Shown piece by piece: positions 9,235 through 19,033 of a stretch of 64,000 nucleotides of DNA. The notes below the pieces were generated by a model. The model was not told the DNA's origin. It searched no databases and saw only the letters and a list, made by a program, of their open reading frames with translations. Made by a program: the position numbers and the translations under genes. Origin of the DNA: Peptostreptococcaceae bacterium (GTDB lineage Bacteria; Bacillota; Clostridia; Peptostreptococcales; Anaerovoracaceae); the NCBI GenBank assembly GCA_016650175.1, contig JAENWG010000002.1:8214-72213 (forward strand), written 5' to 3'. The first letter of the stretch is position 1. Each line of letters begins with the position of its first letter.

Positions 9235-9558
9235 ATGCAATATAGAATTATTAAAGCTCCTTCAGATGGGACAAAAGAAATACTTAAAAAAAGAATAGGT
9301 ATAAGAGAAAATTCAGAAATTGGTGATTATGATACCATTGGCTTAGTGCAAGGTCCGATGATTGATATGATTTGTGCTTCAGATGTGGCTCAAAAGGCAA
9401 CTGGAGTTATGGTTTATGATGTTAAAGGTATATGTCCTCAGCATATGGTTTTATTGGCTATTTTCGGAAGTACGTCTTCAGTTGAAGATGCATTATCAAT
9501 CATGGATGATAAATTAAAAAGTGGTACATATAATAACTTTGATATAAATGTTAAATAG
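9235..9558 (+). CDS. Orphan BMC-domain protein, EutS/PduU-like (circularly permuted) architecture
   Basis: 107 aa. RIIKAPSDGTK...IGLVQGPMIDMICASDVAQKATGV...LLAIFGSTSSVEDAL aligns by eye with the in-window PduU ([11 protein letters not shown]...[25 protein letters not shown]...[14 protein letters not shown]). Has its own promoter-like region and terminator. Confidence 0.5.
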   Translation: MQYRIIKAPSDGTKEILKKRIGIRENSEIGDYDTIGLVQGPMIDMICASDVAQKATGVMVYDVKGICPQHMVLLAIFGSTSSVEDALSIMDDKLKSGTYNNFDINVK

Positions 9559-9607
9559 CTGTAATATGATTAACATATTATAACTAAATTGATTTTTTTA
9601 TGTTCTT

Positions 9608-9640
9608 AATGCGTATTATTCTAATTACGCATTTTTTTTA
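9608..9640 (+). terminator. Rho-independent terminator
   Basis: AATGCGTA-N10-TACGCATT followed by T7. Confidence 0.6.
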
Positions 9641-9963
9641 ATTGGTCTATTTATTTGTTCCTACTTTTTATCATGTAAATCACTATTAGTAGAAGAGGTT
9701 TTTTTAATAATACTTATTAATAATTAATAAATTGGGTAAGTATAAATTGTTGCACTTATTAAATTTGCGAAAATGACAAATAAGTACTTATTTTAAGACA
9801 AAAAAGGAATAACATATACAGATAAAGTAAAATTAAGCGTAAATTGTGAATATATTGCTTAATAATTAATAAATTATTATAGCAGCACTTTACAAAGTGC
9901 AATATATTGTTGTAATATACTAATAATGAAAGTAATCAAAATTTAACAGCTGTATATAAGAGA

Positions 9964-11223
9964 ATGGATGGTTTAAAGATGGAAACAATTAGACCTATTA
10001 AAGAAATTCTAGATTTAGATATGTTGCAAAGAATCCAAGATGAGTTTGCTGAAGCTACAGGTATGGGCTTTGTAACTGTGGATTATCAAGGGACACCAAT
10101 TATAAAACCTAGCGGTTTTACTGATTTTTGTAAACTTGTTAGAAAAAAAAGCAATTTATGCCAGACGTGTGATGCACATGCTGGTTTACGTGCTAAAATC
10201 GAAGGAAAACCAACTATCTATAGATGTCATACCGGATTAGTAGATTTTGCAGTACCTCTATGTGTCAACGGAGATTATTGTGGAGCACTTTTAGGAGGGC
10301 AGATATTTTGTTCTGAGAAAAATTCAGTAGATATTAAAGAAAAATTAATCGAAGAAAAGACTGATTGGGAAGCATACACTGATTTATGTATAGCTAGAAA
10401 ACAAATCAAAACTATTCCAATCTCTAGAATCAAAGCATATCTTAAGGTAATTCAAACTACAATAGAATATCTTTTAAATGAAAGCTATAACAATGTCATA
10501 ATAGATGAAATTATATTGAAAAATAATATAATTCTTGGAGAAAAAGAAAAAATAGCTGATTTAGAATTGGGATTTAATGAACTTAAAGAGCAGTCAGGTT
10601 TGTTAGTTTTAGAAAACAGCAATATACTAAATTATCTCAGTGTAATATCAGACATTGCGTATTTGGAAAATGCACAGCAAACTCAAGATTCTTTATATTT
10701 ATTATCACATCTACTTAGGCATTATTACAAAAAAAACGAAGAGAATGTTATCAATATTAATAATCAAATGGACTATATAAAGTCATATTTAGCTATGGAA
10801 AAAATTCGTATTGGGGATAAACTAAAGTATTCAATAAGCGATTATGAAGATTATAAAGATATCAATCTTCCTTTAAATATCGTGAGACCAATAATAGAAA
10901 ATGCAATTAAATATACTATAGAACCATTTGATGATGGTGGTGAAATAAATATATCATTTACTAGCGATAGTGAGCATTTATTTATTGCAATTACTGATAC
11001 AGGGCAAGGCTTTCCAAATGATGTAATTGATAATATCATGAATGATGAAAATGTCATTCTTGGTGGTAAAAATAGATATGAATTATTTAGAATAAACAAA
11101 CTGCTTATGTTTATTTATGGTAAAAACTATAAGCTTAATATATCAAATAACAAAAATGGTGTAGGCGCTACTGTAGTAATTATGCTACCTTTAAACAATT
11201 GGGATGGAGGTGGAAATGAATAA
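9964..11223 (+). CDS. Cytoplasmic sensor histidine kinase with N-terminal PocR ligand-sensing domain (YesM/LytS-type kinase core)
   Basis: PocR-type motifs (FCKLVRKK...CQTCDAHAG...YRCHTGLVDFAVPL...GALLGGQ). His-kinase region and HATPase (NAIKYT, TDTGQGF) follow. No TM segment. Confidence 0.8.
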   Translation: MDGLKMETIRPIKEILDLDMLQRIQDEFAEATGMGFVTVDYQGTPIIKPSGFTDFCKLVRKKSNLCQTCDAHAGLRAKIEGKPTIYRCHTGLVDFAVPLCVNGDYCGALLGGQIFCSEKNSVDIKEKLIEEKTDWEAYTDLCIARKQIKTIPISRIKAYLKVIQTTIEYLLNESYNNVIIDEIILKNNIILGEKEKIADLELGFNELKEQSGLLVLENSNILNYLSVISDIAYLENAQQTQDSLYLLSHLLRHYYKKNEENVININNQMDYIKSYLAMEKIRIGDKLKYSISDYEDYKDINLPLNIVRPIIENAIKYTIEPFDDGGEINISFTSDSEHLFIAITDTGQGFPNDVIDNIMNDENVILGGKNRYELFRINKLLMFIYGKNYKLNISNNKNGVGATVVIMLPLNNWDGGGNE

Positions 11224-12269
11224 TGTGTGATATTATGATAATGGACAGTAATATAATAAAAAGACAAGTTGTAAGCCAGGTATTAACTAAGGAATTTAAT
11301 AGTGTTAATTATGTTCATGGTGTTGAAAATATTAAAAATGCAGAGAATTTACTCAAAAATAGAAATATCGATTTGATGATTATTGACATAGATGGAAATA
11401 GCTCAGTATCATCCTTTATTAATAAAGCTAAAAAAGTTAACCCTGATCTCGCAACTATATTAACTACTGTAAAAAGCGAAACCGAAGCTATTATAGCTAA
11501 TGTAAGACTTAATGCTGATGATTATTTATTGAAGCCATACTCACCACAAGAAATGATTAATACTGTAGAACGCTATGTATTTGAAATTGATAAGCGCATA
11601 CATGATAATCAAAGGAATCGAGTACATATTGAAACTATAGAAAAAGCAAAACAGGAAATGGAAAGCTTTATGTATAAGGAATGTAGAGATTCTTGTATTG
11701 AATATATTAATCTAATATATGACAGTAACAGTAGTACCTCAATTATTATCGATAAATTATGTGAGTTTATAAAAAGTCTAGTAACATTATTTGGAGAAGG
11801 CGATTTACTACTGCCACTAAACATTGCCACAGCTATTGGTGAAATTCGGTATGAAATGGATAAGTATGAAGATAGAGTCAAATCATATGAATTGGTATTC
11901 GATGTAACTCGTGCATTCTTTATTGATTACGAAAAAAAGCATACGTATTACGATGAAATTAAAAAAGCAGTGAATTACATTAACTTGAATATTACTTCAG
12001 AGATTACTCTTGATAGAGTAGCTGATCATGTAAATGTCAGTAAGTACTACTTCAGTAAGCTCTTCAAGAAGAAAATGAACACAAATTTTATTTCATATGT
12101 CATAGACGAAAAGATGGAAGTTGCAAAAACATTGCTTGAATATACTGATGTACCTGTTTCTGAAATAGCTAGTAAACTATCTTATGATGAAACGAATTAT
12201 TTTAGCAAAGCTTTTAAAAAAACAGTTGGTATAACTCCAAGTGCTTATAGGAAAAGTGCAAAATATTAA
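11223..12269 (+). CDS. Response regulator with C-terminal AraC-type HTH (YesN-like)
   Basis: Receiver domain (DLMIIDID, LKPY) plus AraC HTH (VSKYYFSKLFKK...SYDETNYFSKAFKKTVGITPSAYR). Start overlaps the kinase stop. Confidence 0.8.
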   Translation: MCDIMIMDSNIIKRQVVSQVLTKEFNSVNYVHGVENIKNAENLLKNRNIDLMIIDIDGNSSVSSFINKAKKVNPDLATILTTVKSETEAIIANVRLNADDYLLKPYSPQEMINTVERYVFEIDKRIHDNQRNRVHIETIEKAKQEMESFMYKECRDSCIEYINLIYDSNSSTSIIIDKLCEFIKSLVTLFGEGDLLLPLNIATAIGEIRYEMDKYEDRVKSYELVFDVTRAFFIDYEKKHTYYDEIKKAVNYINLNITSEITLDRVADHVNVSKYYFSKLFKKKMNTNFISYVIDEKMEVAKTLLEYTDVPVSEIASKLSYDETNYFSKAFKKTVGITPSAYRKSAKY

Positions 12270-12293
12270 CAATAGCTTTAATCAATTAGCTAA

Positions 12294-12332
12294 AAAGGAC
12301 TGGATTCTGTATTAAACGGAACCTAGTCCTTT
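12294..12332 (+). terminator. Probable terminator after the two-component genes
   Basis: AAAGGACT ... AGTCCTTT arms with a large loop and a short T tail. The structure is imperfect. Confidence 0.4.
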
Positions 12333-12533
12333 TAAATTGCTCTTAATTTTGCCTTTGGTAATCATTGTTATTTTTTTGCAGCAATTATTTACACTTTGAA
12401 AACAAAAAAATACGTATTATTAATTTAATTTTCACAATATACTTAAATAAATTAACAATCCCTTAACTCGAGCTTACTATCGTGCAGTAAAAATTGAGAA
12501 TTTAATTTGTTAATCGAAAAGGAGAAAAATAAG

Positions 12534-13046
12534 ATGAAACCGAGAATAAGAGTCGAATTTGTAGTTGGTTTTCTAACTATAATCGCATGTTTAGTAATGT
12601 ACATTACAAATCAAGGAGTAGGTATTCCTCTATGGGCAATCTTTATTGGTTGGGCAGAGTACTTTGCATTAGGAGCAAAACCGGAATTATTTAAAACAGC
12701 ATTACCTAGCCTATTTCCAGGAGCAATACTTGCTAGTGTTTGTTTATGGGGCATGTCCCTTTCAGCATTCGCATCATGGGGAATGTGGAACGCAGTATTT
12801 TGGATAACACTTACAGTATTCCTTCTAATGGTTACATTAAACATTCCACAATGTAATATAGGTCTTGTAGGATTCAATTCATTTACAGCTGTATTTATTA
12901 TTGCAACGATAGGACCAACAGCATATCCTACATGGGGCTGTGGAGCTATTATAAGTGGCTCTATATGGGTAGTAATGTCTATAATAATTGGTTATGTATT
13001 TGGATATTTAAGTATTTTGTTACAATTTCCAAAAAAAGTTGATTGA
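12534..13046 (+). CDS. DUF1097 (YcdZ-like) polytopic inner-membrane protein
   Basis: About 5 TM helices. Resembles E. coli YcdZ by recollection of its pattern (W/GWAxYFA...G...). The ATG at 12534 follows AAAGGAGA; the ORF track starts at TTG 12507. Confidence 0.55.
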   Translation: MKPRIRVEFVVGFLTIIACLVMYITNQGVGIPLWAIFIGWAEYFALGAKPELFKTALPSLFPGAILASVCLWGMSLSAFASWGMWNAVFWITLTVFLLMVTLNIPQCNIGLVGFNSFTAVFIIATIGPTAYPTWGCGAIISGSIWVVMSIIIGYVFGYLSILLQFPKKVD

Positions 13047-13150
13047 TTAAAAGCACACTATTTAGCTTTTCAATATAAGTTATTATTTATCTATTAACAA
13101 GGTTTCCGTCTTAATGGCGGAAACCAATAATAGATTAAGGAGGTAATCAA

Positions 13151-13429
13151 ATGGAACATGAAGCATTAGGAATGATAGAAACTAAAGGTTTAGTTGGTGC
13201 TATAGAAGCAGCAGATGCAATGGTAAAGTCTGCAAATGTATCTTTAGTAGGACTAGAAAAAATTGGTACTGGATTAGTTACTGTTATGGTAAGAGGCGAT
13301 GTCGGAGCTGTAAAAGCTGCAGTTGATGCAGGTTCTGTAGCTGCTGGAAAAGTAGGAAACTTAATTTCAGCACACGTAATCCCAAGACCACATGCAGACG
13401 TAGAAGTCATACTGCCTACTAAAAAATAG
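13151..13429 (+). CDS. pduA: BMC-H shell protein PduA
   Basis: 92 aa. Canonical [27 protein letters not shown]...[17 protein letters not shown]...HVIPRPH. Confidence 0.9.
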   Translation: MEHEALGMIETKGLVGAIEAADAMVKSANVSLVGLEKIGTGLVTVMVRGDVGAVKAAVDAGSVAAGKVGNLISAHVIPRPHADVEVILPTKK

Positions 13430-13465
13430 TATTGTAGTAGTGAAGAAGATTATGGAGGTAAATAA

Positions 13466-14281
13466 ATGCAAGACGAATTAATGAATCAGATTATGGATGA
13501 AGTAATGAAAAAAGTTAAATCATCTGAAACTCAAGAATGTAGCACAAGTTCAGCTTCTCAAGCGGAATCTATAAATATTAATACTGGTAGCGGACTTACA
13601 GAATTTGTAGGAATAGCAGAAGGTAAAACTATAGGACTTGTAATTGCAAATCTTGACCACCAAGTACATGAAAAGATGGGTATCGATAAAAAATATAGAT
13701 CAATCGGTATTATTGGTGGAAGAACTGGAGCTGGTCCTCAAATATTCGCAGCTGACGAAGCTGTAAAGGCAACTAACAGTGATATTCTTAAAATCGAACT
13801 TCCTAGAGATACGGAAGGTGGAGCAGGACATGGATGTTTAATTATATTTGGAGCTGAAGATGTATCTGATGTAAGAAGAGCTGTAGAAGTAACGCTTAGA
13901 GAACTTGATAGAACATTTGGTGATGTATATGGTTGTCCTGCTGGTCATCTTGAATTTCAATATACAGCAAGAGCAAGCTTCGCTTTAGAAAAAGCATTTG
14001 GAGCACCTATTGGAAAAGCTTTTGGTATAACTGTAGGCGCACCTGCTGCTATTGGTGTTGTACTTGCAGATACAGCTGTTAAAGCTGCAACTATAGATGT
14101 TACAGGATATGCAAGCCCAGGTAACGGAGGTACTAGTTTTACCAATGAGGTAATACTTTCATTCTCTGGAGATTCTGGAGCTGTTAAGCAGTCAATTATT
14201 GCTGCACGTGAAGTAGGAATCCAATTATTAGGAGCGTTTGGCGAAAAACCAGCTTCTGTAACAAAGCCTCATATTCTATAA
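13466..14281 (+). CDS. pduB: Tandem-BMC (BMC-T) shell protein PduB
   Basis: 271 aa. N-terminal helix, then two permuted BMC repeats. Position between pduA and pduC. Confidence 0.85.
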   Translation: MQDELMNQIMDEVMKKVKSSETQECSTSSASQAESININTGSGLTEFVGIAEGKTIGLVIANLDHQVHEKMGIDKKYRSIGIIGGRTGAGPQIFAADEAVKATNSDILKIELPRDTEGGAGHGCLIIFGAEDVSDVRRAVEVTLRELDRTFGDVYGCPAGHLEFQYTARASFALEKAFGAPIGKAFGITVGAPAAIGVVLADTAVKAATIDVTGYASPGNGGTSFTNEVILSFSGDSGAVKQSIIAAREVGIQLLGAFGEKPASVTKPHIL

Positions 14282-14304
14282 GCATATGACCGGAAGGAGA
14301 TAAG

Positions 14305-15969
14305 ATGAAAAGATCAAAACGATTCGAGGTTTTAGAAAATAGACCTATCCACGAAGATGGGTTTGTAAAAGAGTGGCCTGAAGTCGGTATGATTGCTATG
14401 GACAGTCCTAATGATCCAATTCCAAGTGTTAGAATTGAGAACGGCAAAATAGTTGAAATGGACGGTAAAGAAAGAAAAGATTTTGATATGATAGATTCTT
14501 TTATTGCTGACTATTCAATTAATTTGGATAATGCAGAAAGAGTTGCAAAGATGGATTCTGTACTAATAGCAAGAAAAATATGTGACATAAATATTACGAG
14601 AGATGAAATATTAGATATTTCACTTTCAATGACGCCGGCTAAAATGAATGAAGTAGTATGCAAGATGTCAGCATTAGAAATAATGATGGGACTTGCAAAA
14701 ATGAGAGCTAGAATATCACCTAGCAACCAAGCTCATGTTACAAATTTAAAAGATAACCCAGCACAATTAGCTGCAGATGCCGCAGAAGGTAGTCTTCGTG
14801 GTTTTGATGAAGAAGAAACTACTGTAGGTATATCAAGATATGCACCAATGAACGCAATAAGCATTTTAATAGGATCTCAAACAGGTAGACCAGGAGTACT
14901 TACTCAGTGTTCTGTAGAAGAAGCTACTGAACTAGGAATGGGTATGAGAGGATTTACAACTTATGCCGAGACTGTATCAGTATATGGTACTGAACAAGTA
15001 TTTATGGATGGCGACGATACACCTTTTTCAAAGGCATTTCTCGCATCATGTTACGCTTCAAGAGGATTGAAAATGCGTTTCACATCAGGCACAGGTTCAG
15101 AAGTACAAATGGGATTTGCTGAAGGAAAATCTATGTTATATTTGGAAGCAAGATGCGTATTTATTACAAAAGGCGCAGGATCCCAAGGTATACAAAATGG
15201 TTCTGTATCATGTTGCGGAGTACCTGCTGCTGTACCGTCTGGTATTAAAGCAATGGGTGCTGAGAATTTATTTTCAACATTACTTGACTTAGAATGTGCA
15301 TCGTCAAATGACCAGTCATTTACACATTCAGATCTTAGAAGAAGTACTCGTACAATGATGCAATTTATGCCAGGAACTGATTTTATTTGTTCTGGTTATA
15401 GTTCCGTTCCTAATTACGACAACATGTTTGCAGGTGGTAACTGGGATGCAGAAGATTTTGATGATTGGCTAGTAATTCAAAGAGACTTAAAAATTGATGG
15501 TGGACTCAAACCTGTTAGGGAAGAAAATGTTATCAAAATTAGAAATAAAGCAGCTAAAGCTATTCAAGCTACATTCAAAGGATTAGGCTTGCCAGCAATT
15601 ACTGACGAAGAAGTAGAAGCTGCGACATATTCTCATGGAAGCAAAGATATGCCTAAGAGAAACGTAAATGCTGATTTAAAGGCTATTGAAGAAATGATGG
15701 AAAGCGATACTTCTGCTGTGGATATTATCAAAGCTTTGTATAATGGAGGATTTAAAGATGTTGCAGATGCAGTTTTCAATATGCAAAAGCAAAAAGTTGC
15801 AGGAGATTATCTTCAGACGGCAGCTATATTAACAAAAGATTTCCATGTTGTAAGTGCTGTTAATGCACCTAATGATTATCAAGGACCGCAGACAGGATAT
15901 CAAATTAGCGACGAACGTTGGAATGAAATGAAAGATATCCCTTGGGCTGTAAATCCGGAAGATTATTAA
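14305..15969 (+). CDS. pduC: B12-dependent diol/glycerol dehydratase large subunit
   Basis: 554 aa. N-terminus MKRSKRFEVLENRPIHEDGFVKEWPE is typical of PduC/DhaB1. Confidence 0.95.
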   Translation: MKRSKRFEVLENRPIHEDGFVKEWPEVGMIAMDSPNDPIPSVRIENGKIVEMDGKERKDFDMIDSFIADYSINLDNAERVAKMDSVLIARKICDINITRDEILDISLSMTPAKMNEVVCKMSALEIMMGLAKMRARISPSNQAHVTNLKDNPAQLAADAAEGSLRGFDEEETTVGISRYAPMNAISILIGSQTGRPGVLTQCSVEEATELGMGMRGFTTYAETVSVYGTEQVFMDGDDTPFSKAFLASCYASRGLKMRFTSGTGSEVQMGFAEGKSMLYLEARCVFITKGAGSQGIQNGSVSCCGVPAAVPSGIKAMGAENLFSTLLDLECASSNDQSFTHSDLRRSTRTMMQFMPGTDFICSGYSSVPNYDNMFAGGNWDAEDFDDWLVIQRDLKIDGGLKPVREENVIKIRNKAAKAIQATFKGLGLPAITDEEVEAATYSHGSKDMPKRNVNADLKAIEEMMESDTSAVDIIKALYNGGFKDVADAVFNMQKQKVAGDYLQTAAILTKDFHVVSAVNAPNDYQGPQTGYQISDERWNEMKDIPWAVNPEDY

Positions 15970-15981
15970 GAGGTGAAGAGA

Positions 15982-16656
15982 ATGGCAATGGATAAAGAAA
16001 AATTAAGAAGTATTATATCCGAAGTTCTTAGTGAATTGGATATAGACGAAAAAACAATTAATACAACTAGTTCATCTCCAGTAATCACCAGTAAAACAGC
16101 TGATTCTAATACGTTAAAATTAACTGATACGGGCGATGCGACACCTGGAACTATTACAGATGAAGTAGTAATTGGTATTACTCCTGCTTTCGGAGTGTAT
16201 CAGACAGAAACTATTATTGGCATACCTCACGCTTCTGTACTTAGAGAAATTATGGCAGGCATAGAAGAAGAGGGTGTTAAGTGCAGGGTTATAAGAGTTT
16301 ATAGAACTGCAGATGTAGCATTTACTGGACATGACGCGGCAAAACTTAGCGGTTCTGGTATAGCAATAGGAATACAATCAAAAGGAACTTCAGTAATACA
16401 TCAAAAAGATTTAACGCCGCTTGCTAATTTAGAGCTGTTTCCACAGGCACCTATTATAGATTTGCCTACTTACAGACAAATTGGTAAAAATGCAGCGCAA
16501 TATGCTAAAGGTGAATCTCCAGATCCAGTTCCAGTAAAGAATGATCAAATGGCTAGACCTAAATATCAGGCAATTTCTGCTTTGTTGCATAACAAGGAAG
16601 CAGAACATCAGGATCTAAAGAAAAAACCACAGGCTGTAAAAGTCGAGTATATATAG
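15982..16656 (+). CDS. pduD: Diol/glycerol dehydratase medium subunit
   Basis: B12-binding subunit pattern. The ATG at 15982 follows GAGGTGAAG. N-terminal amphipathic extension. Confidence 0.9.
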   Translation: MAMDKEKLRSIISEVLSELDIDEKTINTTSSSPVITSKTADSNTLKLTDTGDATPGTITDEVVIGITPAFGVYQTETIIGIPHASVLREIMAGIEEEGVKCRVIRVYRTADVAFTGHDAAKLSGSGIAIGIQSKGTSVIHQKDLTPLANLELFPQAPIIDLPTYRQIGKNAAQYAKGESPDPVPVKNDQMARPKYQAISALLHNKEAEHQDLKKKPQAVKVEYI

Positions 16657-16666
16657 GAGGTGAAAA

Positions 16667-17197
16667 ATGGATCAGGAACAAATCACAAAAGAAATTGTTG
16701 AAGAAGTTATGAAAGCTATGATGCAAGAAAAAGCTTCAGCAAATAAAGTAGTAACAAAGGCTGAAACATCAAATACTTCTACTAATAGAATTGATTCAAC
16801 GAGTTATCCTTTAAGCGAAAAAATACCTGAAAAAGTTTATTCAAGAACAGGTAAAAAATTATCAGAAATTAAACTTGAAGATGTAATGAATGGAAAACTT
16901 AAAAGTGAAGATTTGAGAGTATCACCAGAAACGATGGAGATGCAGGCTCAAGTTGCCGAATCTATAAAGAGAGAAACTCTTGCTGGTAATTTAAGAAGAG
17001 CAGCGGAACTAATCGACGTTCCAGATAAAAGGCTACTTGAAATCTATAATGCACTTAGACCTTATCGTTCGTCTAAACAAGAATTAATTGATATTGCTAA
17101 TGAACTAGACAACAAATACAATTGTACAACATGTTCAGCGTTAGTTAGAGATGCTGCAAATGTTTATGAACAAAGAGACAGATTAAGACAAGACTAA
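16667..17197 (+). CDS. pduE: Diol/glycerol dehydratase small subunit
   Basis: 176 aa. Conserved C-terminal half (YPL...SRTGK...L...SPETLxxQAQVAE...). Position after pduD. Confidence 0.9.
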   Translation: MDQEQITKEIVEEVMKAMMQEKASANKVVTKAETSNTSTNRIDSTSYPLSEKIPEKVYSRTGKKLSEIKLEDVMNGKLKSEDLRVSPETMEMQAQVAESIKRETLAGNLRRAAELIDVPDKRLLEIYNALRPYRSSKQELIDIANELDNKYNCTTCSALVRDAANVYEQRDRLRQD

Positions 17198-17215
17198 CAG
17201 TTAGCGGAGGAATTT

Positions 17216-19033
17216 ATGAAAATTATCGCGGGTATTGACATAGGTAATGCAACAACAGAAACCGCTTTAGCAGGAGTGGAAAATGACAAAGTGGAATTTT
17301 TAGGTAGCGGAATAGCTTCTACTACTGGTATAAAAGGCACTTCGGATAATATTAAAGGAGTTTTCAATTCTCTTACAAAGGTTCTGAAAAAAGCAAACAT
17401 TACTATGGAACAACTTAGTGAAATAAGAATAAATGAAGCGGCTCCAGTAATTGGCGATGTAGCAATGGAAACAATCACAGAGACAATTATTACCGAATCA
17501 ACTATGATAGGTCATAATCCTTCTACACCAGGAGGATTAGGTGTAGCTTCAGGTACTACAATAATGATTTCAGATCTAGCTAATATAACTGAAAACAAAG
17601 ATTATGTTGTAATAATTCCTCAGAACGTTTCATTTTTAGAAGCTGCTAACGCAATCAACAATAGTAACAAAAGTATTACTGCTGCTATAGTTCAAAGAGA
17701 TGACGGAGTTCTTATCGATAACAGATTAAAGAAAAGAATTCCAATAGTAGATGAAGTAAAACTAATTGAAAAAGTACCACGGGGCATGTTATGTGCTGTT
17801 GAAGTCGCTGGTACAGGTGGCATTGTAGAAGTATTATCAAATCCTTACGGGATTGCTACTTTGTTCAAATTAACACCTGAAGAGACTAAAAAAATCGTAC
17901 TTATAGCAAGAGCTTTAATTGGGAATAGGTCTGCTGTAGTTATTAAAACACCAAAGGGTGATGTTAAAGAAAGAAGAATCCCCGCTGGTACTATAGAAAT
18001 AATAGGTACAGAAGGCAAAACAATTGTTGATGTAGAAGAAGGCTCAGAAAGAATCATGGAAGCTATTGCAAAAGCCGGAAACATGGAAGATGCAATGGGA
18101 GAACCTGGCACTAATGCAGGAGGAATGCTTGATAAAGTTAAGCTAGTTATGGCGCAATTAACTTCAAAAGATATAAGGGATATTAAAATCCAAGATCTGC
18201 TCACAGTAGATACTTTTACTCCTAAAATGGTACAAGGTGGTCTTGCTAATGAATTTTCGGAAGAAAATGCTGTTGGAATTGCAGCCATGGTAAAAGCTGA
18301 TAAGCTTCAAATGGAAATGATTGCAAAAGAATTAACTGAAAAAATAGGCGTGCCTGTGAAAGTCGGAGGAGTAGAAGCAGATATGGCTATAAGAGGTGCT
18401 TTAACTACACCAGGAACTATTAAGCCTCTTGCAATTATAGACATGGGCGCAGGTTCTACGGACGCTTCTATAATTAGTAAAGATGAAAAAATTACTTCTG
18501 TACATCTAGCTGGTGCAGGTAATATGGTTACTATGTTAATTCAGTCTGAACTTGGAATAGATGATTTTGATACAGCAGAGGATATTAAAAGATACCCATT
18601 AGCTAAAGTTGAAAGTTTATTCCACATAAGACATGAAGATGGCACAGTTCAGTTCTTTGATGAACCTTTGGATCCAAAATTGTTTGCAAGGGTAGTTATT
18701 CTAAAAAGTGATGGAATGATTCCTCTTGAAGGAAATCATACATCAATAGAAAAAATAAAGATGATTAGAAGAAATGCAAAAAGAAAAGTCTTTGTTACAA
18801 ATGCGCTTAGATCACTTGCCAAAGTAAGCCCAACTAATAACGTAAGAGACATTGAATTTGTTGTGTTAGTTGGAGGATCTGCTATAGATTTCGAAATACC
18901 TGAATTAGTAACGGATGCACTTTCTCAATATAAGATAGTATCGGGAAGAGCAAATATCCGAGGAACAGAAGGTCCTAGAAATGCTGTAGCTACAGGGTTA
19001 GTTCTTTCAATGAGCGAGAAAGGTGGCAACTGA
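17216..19033 (+). CDS. pduG: Diol dehydratase reactivase large subunit
   Basis: 605 aa. MKIIAGIDIGNATTE actin/Hsp70-like N-terminus typical of PduG/DdrA. Confidence 0.9.
   Translation: MKIIAGIDIGNATTETALAGVENDKVEFLGSGIASTTGIKGTSDNIKGVFNSLTKVLKKANITMEQLSEIRINEAAPVIGDVAMETITETIITESTMIGHNPSTPGGLGVASGTTIMISDLANITENKDYVVIIPQNVSFLEAANAINNSNKSITAAIVQRDDGVLIDNRLKKRIPIVDEVKLIEKVPRGMLCAVEVAGTGGIVEVLSNPYGIATLFKLTPEETKKIVLIARALIGNRSAVVIKTPKGDVKERRIPAGTIEIIGTEGKTIVDVEEGSERIMEAIAKAGNMEDAMGEPGTNAGGMLDKVKLVMAQLTSKDIRDIKIQDLLTVDTFTPKMVQGGLANEFSEENAVGIAAMVKADKLQMEMIAKELTEKIGVPVKVGGVEADMAIRGALTTPGTIKPLAIIDMGAGSTDASIISKDEKITSVHLAGAGNMVTMLIQSELGIDDFDTAEDIKRYPLAKVESLFHIRHEDGTVQFFDEPLDPKLFARVVILKSDGMIPLEGNHTSIEKIKMIRRNAKRKVFVTNALRSLAKVSPTNNVRDIEFVVLVGGSAIDFEIPELVTDALSQYKIVSGRANIRGTEGPRNAVATGLVLSMSEKGGN

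Noticed and set aside
12340-12533. Possible AdoCbl (B12) riboswitch or ANTAR-type antiterminator upstream of the pdu operon
   Set aside because: I found no B12-box-like GC-rich core and no paired hexaloop hairpins. The region is almost pure AT, and the adjacent regulator is an AraC-type DNA binder. An Infernal scan would be needed to exclude it formally.
13147-13410. 87-aa antisense ORF opposite pduA. Similar long antisense ORFs lie at 19723-20298 (opposite pduK/pduJ), 17845-18288 (pduG), 24260-24796 (pduP), 3643-4110 (nfnB) and 48364-49038 (mutS).
   Set aside because: Each lies fully inside a strongly supported gene on the other strand. They arise from Ala/Gly/Val- or Lys-rich codon composition and give low-complexity translations without RBS.
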